Shown here: positions 57,535 through 64,000 of the stretch, in pieces
Layout: each line of letters begins with the position of its first letter
How positions within the stretch are numbered: position 1 is the stretch's first letter
IMG/VR virus record: IMGVR_UViG_3300030333_004509
Coordinates: 1-64,000 of that record
Length of the DNA stretch: 64,000 nucleotides
Direction: 5' to 3' (one strand)
Origin: an uncultured virus (IMG/VR IMGVR_UViG_3300030333_004509)
Taxonomy: Duplodnaviria; Heunggongvirae; Uroviricota; Caudoviricetes
The notes under the pieces: model-generated
The model's input: only the letters and a program-made list of their open reading frames with translations
What the model was told of the DNA's origin: nothing
Database searches by the model: none
Translations under genes and position numbers: made by a program

Positions 57535-57735
57535 ATGCCAATCTACGAATACAAATGTGCGAAGTGCAACATCAGTATCGAACGACTCGTTCGTATGAAT
57601 GAGACTGCTAAGCCAGACTGTCCGATGTGTAATGAAGAGATGAAGCGCATAATCAGTCAAACCAGCTTCGTCCTTAAGGGCGGAGGCTGGTTCGCTGATA
57701 GCTACTCCTCGAGCTCCGCGGACCCAAACAAGTAA
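57535..57735 (+). CDS. FmdB-family zinc-ribbon protein
   Basis: MPIYEYKC..C...CP.C...M.RIIS...F.LKG.GW. Confidence 0.85.
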   Translation: MPIYEYKCAKCNISIERLVRMNETAKPDCPMCNEEMKRIISQTSFVLKGGGWFADSYSSSSADPNK

Positions 57736-57736
57736 C

Positions 57737-58015
57737 TCAGTACAAGTCTGGGTCTGCCTTTATCTGGTCAATCAACCTACCCAGATACATGTTCGCTCGC
57801 CTTGTTCCCTTGATCTCTTCATCTGCATCCTGCGCGATTGCCACGCGCATACGCTCGGCCATGCCGGGACGGATTGCCTCGACGCAGAACAGCACCTCGT
57901 TCATCTTCTCGATCATGAACTCCAACTCTTGCTTCAAGTCGTCGCAGATTTGCTCCTGCAATCCAAGCTCATGGATGGCGTCTGCCATCGTTTCGATATG
58001 TTCTTCTAATCTCAT
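57737..58015 (-). CDS. Hypothetical protein
   Basis: 92 aa; AAGGAG upstream. Confidence 0.65.
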   Translation of the reverse strand: MRLEEHIETMADAIHELGLQEQICDDLKQELEFMIEKMNEVLFCVEAIRPGMAERMRVAIAQDADEEIKGTRRANMYLGRLIDQIKADPDLY

Positions 58016-58080
58016 GGGTTACGATTCTCCTTCGTTCATTAGTAGGAACGATTGGTAGGTCTGAAAGTGGACACGAACTT

Positions 58081-58332
58081 TTAGATTTTTCTTCGCACCT
58101 CCGCCAGCAGCTCATCTCGCTCGGCCTCCATCGCCTCAAGCTCCTCGACCCTGCGGAAGTACTGCTGACGCATCAAGCGGATCTCACGCTTAAGCTCTTC
58201 GACCTCGCGCTCCTGCGCATCTACAAGCTCCTCGACCTCGGCCTTCAGCTTTCGGACTTGCATGTGCAGTTGTCCGTTCTCGGCCTCGACCTCCTCGTAC
58301 CTGTCTGCCATCCTCATAAATGCGCTCATCAC
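58081..58332 (-). CDS. Coiled-coil hypothetical protein
   Basis: 83 aa; coupled to the upstream gene. Confidence 0.7.
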   Translation of the reverse strand: MMSAFMRMADRYEEVEAENGQLHMQVRKLKAEVEELVDAQEREVEELKREIRLMRQQYFRRVEELEAMEAERDELLAEVRRKI

Positions 58333-58691
58333 TTACCTTCCAACGAGTCAGCAAGCTGCTCGAGTTCTTCGATGATGTCTGCCGATGCGACTGCTCTGGT
58401 CCTTGTGCCGACAGCTGCTGCTGACGCGGCCCCGTTATCGAGCAGACCCTGCGCTCGATTGAGCACGCTAATCGTCCATTCGTCTCCCTTGTTAACCAGA
58501 TCCCAGACTACCGAGTCAACGTCTTTGTACTCGGTGAGATCCAGCAGATCCTTCACAGACTCCTGCAAGAGATCGTACTCAAGCTCGACAGCATCGCACG
58601 CGAGGATCAGATCCTGCTTCCAGTCCGGCTTGCGGCTACCTGCCACCACATCACAGACACACTCGACCAGTCTTTGCATTGCTTCCATCAC
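58329..58691 (-). CDS. Hypothetical protein
   Basis: GGAGGTG RBS; overlap coupling. Confidence 0.7.
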   Translation of the reverse strand: MMEAMQRLVECVCDVVAGSRKPDWKQDLILACDAVELEYDLLQESVKDLLDLTEYKDVDSVVWDLVNKGDEWTISVLNRAQGLLDNGAASAAAVGTRTRAVASADIIEELEQLADSLEGK

Positions 58692-59173
58692 TCACCTCCC
58701 AAACCATTCAATCGGCTGCGGGGAACACCTGTCGTCAGACCTCGAGCCAGTCGAGCTTCGTAGCAGGCCTCCCTGACGGACTCGATCTCACTCTCAGTCA
58801 GCCAGACTACCCGGGTCTCCTTGTCGTGGCTTCCGACACTCAGTCGCTCAGCCACCCTGATGTAGTCCGTGCCCCGGTAGATGTACTCCTTCTCCAGGCC
58901 ACCGTGCTGGTCGTGGCGATGTCTCCACGGTCGGCACTTGAGCTTCGACCCGGTGTCGGGGCCAGCCTTCAGCTCGGGCTCCTCACCGGGGTCAGGGCTG
59001 GGCGCTTCCTTGCGCCTCGTCTCCAGCTCGTAGAGAACCACATCTGGCTCTTTGCCGTCCGTAATCGCAGCGATCAAGTCTTCGGCTCCCCACCTGTCTG
59101 GGCTGTCATACCCACAGATGGCTTCGTCGAAGATGAACTTGCCTGTGATCTGTACCTCGTAAACTTTCTGCAT
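58688..59173 (-). CDS. Hypothetical protein
   Basis: AGGAGGT RBS. Confidence 0.7.
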   Translation of the reverse strand: MQKVYEVQITGKFIFDEAICGYDSPDRWGAEDLIAAITDGKEPDVVLYELETRRKEAPSPDPGEEPELKAGPDTGSKLKCRPWRHRHDQHGGLEKEYIYRGTDYIRVAERLSVGSHDKETRVVWLTESEIESVREACYEARLARGLTTGVPRSRLNGLGGE

Positions 59174-59193
59174 AGTAGTTACCTCCTGAATCT

Positions 59194-59222
59194 AATGTTG
59201 ACACGTTGGAAATATAGTCAAC
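59194..59222 (-). promoter_or_regulatory. Repeated 29-bp promoter/operator element, copy A
   Basis: 24/29 identical to 62318-62346; upstream of a leftward gene. Confidence 0.6.
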
Positions 59223-59745
59223 AACTTTCTTCGATCTTTTTTATAAACTGTTGAGCTGATCTTACGGTTGCAAACCTAAGCCAATCTTCTGTTTGCTCCG
59301 GTGCTTTCAGCGTAGTCCCACATCTTGCTTGCGGGTTCTTAAGTAGGACAGACCCCGGTCTCTGCTGACCGAACATACTAAACCTGTCGGTAGCAAGAAC
59401 GTAAGGACCATTCCTGTGGCTACGAGTCTCGAGGATCTTAGCCAACCATTCCATGCGTTGGTTCAGGGGCAGGGGCGAGACCACATCGTGCAGCTGGATG
59501 TATGGTTCAGACAGTCGAGCCAGGACGTACCGTCCAGCGAAGTCTTTGCATGATCCGCGGAGTGGTCCATCTAATCTCACATGTCGTGAGCCATTGTAGG
59601 TACGCACCAGTCCGCTGCCAATCACAACGTCCATTCCTTTGGCTAAGATCTGCATGGTCCAGTCACCTTGGGCTCGAGTCAGCTCCTCCCCCGGTGTGGG
59701 TCGAAGCGGAAACCCACACCAGGAATATCCGTTGAGCCGGGTCAA
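59218..59745 (-). CDS. Degenerate ATP-dependent DNA ligase-like protein
   Basis: WTMQILAKG, LHDVV..PL.QR..L, VLLKNP...DWLRF echo ligase motifs I, IIIa, IV and V; TTGA-coupled start inferred. Confidence 0.45.
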   Translation of the reverse strand: MTRLNGYSWCGFPLRPTPGEELTRAQGDWTMQILAKGMDVVIGSGLVRTYNGSRHVRLDGPLRGSCKDFAGRYVLARLSEPYIQLHDVVSPLPLNQRMEWLAKILETRSHRNGPYVLATDRFSMFGQQRPGSVLLKNPQARCGTTLKAPEQTEDWLRFATVRSAQQFIKKIEESC

Positions 59746-60080
59746 GGTATGCCTCGCTTCGAGCCTGTGCATGGGCAGCATGGGTCGGAGCACTGGCACC
59801 AGTCCTGCTGGTTCTGCCAGACTTCGTAGTGATCCTCCTCGGGACCCTCCTGCGCACAGGACAGAGTCTCGAAGACTTCGACGTGGGGCTCCTCGTTCCA
59901 GGACACGTACCACAGAGTCTTGAACTTGCCGTCCTCTGTCGAGCGAACCTCGCACCAGCTGTCGTTGTCAATCTGGAGATACAGCATCACCTCGACCTGG
60001 TCTTCAGGCTCATGGTTGATCTTGTCGTCCTGCCACGGAGTCCCCTCGTACTCGGGTGGATTCGGTAGTCTGCGCATCAC
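59742..60080 (-). CDS. Hypothetical protein with Cys-rich C-terminus
   Basis: GGAGGTG RBS; overlap coupling. Confidence 0.65.
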   Translation of the reverse strand: MMRRLPNPPEYEGTPWQDDKINHEPEDQVEVMLYLQIDNDSWCEVRSTEDGKFKTLWYVSWNEEPHVEVFETLSCAQEGPEEDHYEVWQNQQDWCQCSDPCCPCTGSKRGIP

Positions 60081-60664
60081 TCACCTCCCTTTGCTTGCTC
60101 GATTGCTTCGCGCAGGTCAGCTTCCCACCGCTCTTGGCAGTCGTTCGCGTCCTTGCACTCCTGCTCGGTCCACGGGGTTCCGTCGTCCATGCCGATACCC
60201 GTCCAATAGTCGGGGAGACTAAACGGTGCCTTGTCAGCCTCGACCACACTGCTCTCCAGTGTGTCGGTGAAGCCACCACTGTCGCTGTTGACAACGACAT
60301 GGAAAGCAACCAGCACACCTCGGCTCGGGTGCTTCCAGACCTTGAAGTCGAAGCAGGCCAACCAGTCGCCCATATCCCGCTCGGTGTAGACCCCCTTGGC
60401 GTCATTCTCCTCATCCGAATAGCCGGTGGTGTAGGTCAGGTGACCGTAGGCATCGAGAGACTTTAACTGGCTCTCGTCCGTGGGCACGGGCTCACCCTTT
60501 CGGCAGGGCTCAGAGCAGTACCCCTCCCACCAAGGACTCACTCCTGTGATGCCATTCTCTGGGTCAGGGTCTTCATCGGGTAGGTCGCATCCACAGCTGA
60601 AGCAGACGGTATCGTCCCAAGGCTCATCCGGTCCACCAGGATATGTTGTTCTGTAGGTCATCAC
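60077..60664 (-). CDS. Acidic hypothetical protein with C..C/C...C motif
   Basis: GGAGGTG RBS; overlap coupling. Confidence 0.7.
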   Translation of the reverse strand: MMTYRTTYPGGPDEPWDDTVCFSCGCDLPDEDPDPENGITGVSPWWEGYCSEPCRKGEPVPTDESQLKSLDAYGHLTYTTGYSDEENDAKGVYTERDMGDWLACFDFKVWKHPSRGVLVAFHVVVNSDSGGFTDTLESSVVEADKAPFSLPDYWTGIGMDDGTPWTEQECKDANDCQERWEADLREAIEQAKGGE

Positions 60665-61134
60665 TCACCTCCTTGAGTCGCTGAGGCGAACAGGTCGGGG
60701 TCGCATGCCCCAGTCGTAGCCCCACAATCAGGGCATGGGACTACAGGGTTCATGTCCTCGGACAGCTTGTCCATCGCCTCGTTTGTTTGCTTGTATGTCT
60801 TGAGCTCCACGAAGCAATGCTCCTCGCAGCTGTGACACCACTGGGTCTCGGTGCTGCTCCCCGAACCGTACCAATCGTTTGGCTGACTCGTATTCGGGTT
60901 GACCCACGTCGCGACCTCGACGTCTGCGCTTCCGCATTCCTGGCACACGTACTCTTCGAGCGGAGAGTCCTCCTGCTTCAATGCTTCCGCGGCTACGTCT
61001 GCTGCCCAGTCATCGAAGCACTGGGTGTTCTGGTCGGGTCCATTCGGGGGCAACGGGTACTCGGCGTTGTTTGCGTGGTAGTCCCTTGCGTCCACAATCT
61101 TACGGAGCGCCTCTTCCATTCGTTTACTCATCAT
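60661..61134 (-). CDS. Zinc-ribbon hypothetical protein
   Basis: CQECGS.DV...WV.PN...WC.SC; ATGA coupling. Confidence 0.7.
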   Translation of the reverse strand: MMSKRMEEALRKIVDARDYHANNAEYPLPPNGPDQNTQCFDDWAADVAAEALKQEDSPLEEYVCQECGSADVEVATWVNPNTSQPNDWYGSGSSTETQWCHSCEEHCFVELKTYKQTNEAMDKLSEDMNPVVPCPDCGATTGACDPDLFASATQGGE

Positions 61135-61889
61135 CCACCCCCAATCATCTTGCTGTTGCTTCGAGCGCCAACCCCACGATTGAGGGAGATGGTTCTACCC
61201 GCGGCTCGACCCTGAGCTGACCCGCCCACGCCTCCGCTGTAGCCGCTGCCCAACCGCGGGTTGTGCTGTCGCATGAAACCATCCGCCCGCTGCTTCCGGG
61301 TCTGGAGTGCGATGGCCGTGCAGCTCGACACGTCCTGCCGGTTTGCTGCTCGACGCTGCTCGTACAGCTTAGCGCTGAGACCCTGGACTGCGCCCTCGCG
61401 GAAGCGAGTCACGTCGGTGCGGCTGGGAGTCTCCCAGTAGTCGTTGCGATACTCTTCGCGGAACTTCTTAGCCAATCGCTGAATCTCACGTTCAGCTACT
61501 GAGTAGAGGTACCGCCAAACTTCCAGGTCAGACTTGTGACCATACGCCAGGGCGAAGGTGCGCCGCTTCCAGCCCTTGCGGTCTGTGGAGTCAGGCACCC
61601 AAGGGTTCCGGTTGGTGTGGCGGACGGCACGCAGAGCGGACACGTTGCAGTGGTTGGCCAGTGCCCACGCCAGCTGAATGGCCCAGGTGTTCTTCCCTAC
61701 CTCGATGGCAGTCACCTCCATAGGATCTTCGCTTAGGATCTGATCCTCGCGCAGAGCGTGCAGACTGACTGCGTGTTCACGCATGAGCTTGTCTGCCATC
61801 TTGGCTGCGGCAGCAGCTTCGCCACCCTCGGACCCCTCAGCCAATGCGAGGAGCTTGCGGATTCTGCTGGTGATTCTTTCGGTTGTCAT
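61131..61889 (-). CDS. DUF2786-domain protein
   Basis: 'RIRKLLALA....EA.AA...A.KLM.EH' N-terminus; 'F..G...G' and 'G.AAG..ISL' C-terminal motifs. Confidence 0.8.
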   Translation of the reverse strand: MTTERITSRIRKLLALAEGSEGGEAAAAAKMADKLMREHAVSLHALREDQILSEDPMEVTAIEVGKNTWAIQLAWALANHCNVSALRAVRHTNRNPWVPDSTDRKGWKRRTFALAYGHKSDLEVWRYLYSVAEREIQRLAKKFREEYRNDYWETPSRTDVTRFREGAVQGLSAKLYEQRRAANRQDVSSCTAIALQTRKQRADGFMRQHNPRLGSGYSGGVGGSAQGRAAGRTISLNRGVGARSNSKMIGGG

Positions 61890-62275
61890 TCTGCACCTTC
61901 CTTCGACAGGTTCTCTGCCTCTTCGATGATCTCTCTCATGCGAGCCATAGCGCGGCTGAAATCTCGGTCTGTCAAGGAGGTCCAGTTATCCGCGTCACCT
62001 CGACCTTGGAGCCCTCCCTCTGCGACTGCGCGTACGGAAGGCAGGACGTGATGCTTCAGCAGAGCCGACAGTAGCATGCGGGCCTCGCGAGGATACAGCT
62101 CTGCGATGTCCTCCTCGTTGAACTCGACTTCGTGCTCTTGCTCGTCGAACTCAACGGTGACGTCCGTGCCTACGTCGATGCACTCGTCCCCGATGTTGAT
62201 CTCTCCGTGCACCTCGACGCACTGCGTGTGCGGTGTGACGCTCTTGTACGCTGTGAATAGTGTGATTGCTGACAT
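61886..62275 (-). CDS. Hypothetical protein
   Basis: AGGAG RBS; first gene of the leftward cluster. Confidence 0.7.
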   Translation of the reverse strand: MSAITLFTAYKSVTPHTQCVEVHGEINIGDECIDVGTDVTVEFDEQEHEVEFNEEDIAELYPREARMLLSALLKHHVLPSVRAVAEGGLQGRGDADNWTSLTDRDFSRAMARMREIIEEAENLSKEGAE

Positions 62276-62317
62276 GTGATGTACTCCTGAGTGCGGGCTC
62301 CGTTGCCTCGCAGAATG

Positions 62318-62346
62318 AATGTTGCCACGTGGGAAACATCGACAAC
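62318..62346 (-). promoter_or_regulatory. Repeated 29-bp promoter/operator element, copy B
   Basis: 24/29 identical to 59194-59222; upstream of the leftward operon. Confidence 0.6.
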
Positions 62347-62526
62347 CCCTTGGGCAAAGAAAGTTGTAGATTGCAGCGCAGTCGTGCGATTAAAAACTTT
62401 CTGATATTTCCTCCTTGTCATGTTGATCGCCGTGCCTACATTCTTTGTGAGCGGGGCACACGGCACTGACGCCAGCCTCAAGGAGGTGACGATAGCCTAA
62501 GCAAGGCGGACAGAAAGTGTCCGCGT

Positions 62527-62866
62527 AGCGTTACGACCTACGAGGGAGGGTATGTCGTAACGCTGAAAGAGCAGGTCGAACCTAACCTATCGCCCAGTTC
62601 TTGACAGTTCTTTGACATCTCTGTTACGACCCCGTCGTAACAACCATTCAACAGGTTGAACCTGGACAATGGTCGAGCCTCGGGGGGCGTTACGACATGA
62701 TCGCACAACACATAGACATGTCTCTGGATGGATAAGCATAAGCACATAAACAGGCTGCAATGACCTATCCAACCAGTCAGAAGGGTATATGTAAGAGTTT
62801 AGGTCGTAACACGTTATTTTGCGGGCGATTGTTCCGCTTCAACCTACACTCTGAGCGTTACGACCC
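62527..62866. repeat. Iteron cluster: seven GTTACGAC in alternating orientation (candidate ori or pac)
   Basis: Copies at 62530(+), 62554(-), 62623(+), 62634(-), 62689(+), 62803(-), 62857(+). Confidence 0.8.
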
Positions 62867-62876
62867 NNNNNNNNNN
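62867..62876. other. Assembly gap (10 N)
   Basis: Run of N. Confidence 1.
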
Positions 62877-63410
62877 ATGGAAGACTCCACTGAACAAACG
62901 ATCTCACCTGCAAACGAACCGACCACGCTTGTGCCTACCGTCGTAGTCCCGCCAGGGGAAGACGAGGTTGTGAGTATGCTGGTCGAAGAAAGCAGGTTTG
63001 AGAATGAGCCTGAGGTCCAGGCCGCCGCAGCTCGGCTACTCGAAGCCGGTTACACAGTTTCTGTGGTTGCGAGGCGGCTCCAACTCAGGCCTTCGACCCT
63101 CTGGCGCTGGTCTAAAGAACCAGATATTGCTTCAGCGATCCAAGCTGGCCGCGAATATAGACGTCAGACCTTGGGACAAGGGCTCGAGCACGCCGCTGAA
63201 GCTGCTCTATCAGCTCTTTTGGAGGTTGCGGAGGACGTTGGGGCCGCTCCAAGGGACAGAGTCAAGGCTTCTGAGGCGATTCTGGACCGGTGTGGGATCA
63301 CACCAGCCGCAGAATCCGCCGGATCTACCACAGCTGTAGCCGTAGAAGTAGATTTTGATGATAGACTGGCCCGGATCGTGGCCCAATCGGCCATCGCGCC
63401 GACTAAATAG
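62877..63410 (+). CDS. Putative terminase small subunit (HTH)
   Basis: HTH 'VARRL.L.PSTLWRW...P', then 'A..AL.......RVKASEAILDR.G'; start abuts the gap, so it is uncertain. Confidence 0.65.
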   Translation: MEDSTEQTISPANEPTTLVPTVVVPPGEDEVVSMLVEESRFENEPEVQAAAARLLEAGYTVSVVARRLQLRPSTLWRWSKEPDIASAIQAGREYRRQTLGQGLEHAAEAALSALLEVAEDVGAAPRDRVKASEAILDRCGITPAAESAGSTTAVAVEVDFDDRLARIVAQSAIAPTK

Positions 63411-63441
63411 CGTATATTTTAGTATACGGAAGGACAATCCC

Positions 63442-63780
63442 ATGCACGGACAGCCGATCGCCCTGATAATCGCCAAGAAAGAAGCCGGAGCGCCGGACTT
63501 CTCCGGCCCAACCATGGATCAGGCCCGGAAAGACATGATCCACGCGCATGATTCGCCGGATCAGGCTGATCAACCGGATGAAACGTCCGATAAGGCCGGA
63601 TCTAAGGACATGAAAGAGATGCATGCTGAGCTGATGGAGATTGCCGGAGAGCTGCGCAAGGCATCGGAGACTCACGCCGGACAGGCCGACCGGATCGAAG
63701 CTCTCTGCGAGTGTATGATGAAGGCTGAGCCGGACGATGCCGGAGTCGGAGAGGCGAAGGTCTTCGAGCCCGCCGAATAA
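63442..63780 (+). CDS. Hypothetical protein
   Basis: AAGGA RBS before ATG 63442. Confidence 0.6.
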   Translation: MHGQPIALIIAKKEAGAPDFSGPTMDQARKDMIHAHDSPDQADQPDETSDKAGSKDMKEMHAELMEIAGELRKASETHAGQADRIEALCECMMKAEPDDAGVGEAKVFEPAE

Positions 63781-63813
63781 AAGAAACGACCCGCCGGATT
63801 AACGGCGGGCCGC
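63779..63813 (-). terminator. Intrinsic terminator (minus strand)
   Basis: GCGGCCCGCCG-TTAATC-CGGCGGGTCGT followed by TTCTTTT on the minus strand. Confidence 0.7.
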
Positions 63814-63857
63814 TGGGATGAACGGTACTGACCACATGATCCCCAGTGGTCTTACCG

Positions 63858-63886
63858 TTTATATACACTGTGTGCCGGGGTGTCAA
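63858..63886 (-). promoter_or_regulatory. Near-consensus sigma70 promoter
   Basis: Minus strand TTGACA-17bp-TATAAA. Confidence 0.6.
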
Positions 63887-64000
63887 GTCTCCCACTGCTC
63901 GAGGAACTCAACCAGCTGGACGAGTGTCAGCTTGATCTCCGGCTTCCACGGATCTCCGTGATCATCCTTCAACGACCGGAGATCCTCGAGCCACATCCGC

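Noticed and set aside
59746..59955. N-terminal extension of ORF 59218..59955
   Set aside because: Overlaps the better-supported gene 59742..60080; a coupled TTG start at 59745 is more economical.
62760..62876. N-terminal extension of the TerS-like ORF
   Set aside because: Reads through iterons and a 10-N gap of unknown true length.
1..64000. tRNAs, integrase, reverse transcriptase/DGR, base-modification enzymes, stop-codon recoding
   Set aside because: None recognised; the standard code gives near-complete coding coverage with all three stops used.

Overview
A gene-dense 64-kb segment of a tailed dsDNA phage, standard genetic code, with one 10-N scaffold gap at 62867-62876. It looks podovirus-like: portal, adaptor, nozzle and very large internal virion proteins are present, with no sheath or tape measure recognised. 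Layout: (1) leftward packaging module (TerL, small basic proteins, portal, scaffold; 353-9432); (2) divergent rightward virion operon (major capsid, decoration, adaptor/nozzle, about 20 kb of putative ejection proteins including a 4190-aa polyvalent protein, tail fibre, lysis; 9842-44496); (3) XRE-HTH switch with back-to-back sigma70-like promoters; (4) rightward replication/recombination operon (SNF2 helicase, Cas4-like nuclease, Sak4-like ATPase, SSB, UDG-PolA fusion, Rad50-like ATPase, DUF927 helicase; 45143-57735); (5) leftward cluster of small early-type genes; (6) an iteron-rich non-coding region next to a putative TerS. Most striking: the spacer between SSB and polymerase (49738-50033) holds three copies of a covarying three-way-junction/pseudoknot RNA motif that I do not recognise. 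It sits directly upstream of a UDG-PolA whose steric gate (E710 to H), O-helix and uracil-pocket residues are non-canonical. No tRNA, CRISPR array, integrase or recognisable primase was seen. All family calls come from reading motifs by eye, not from database searches.
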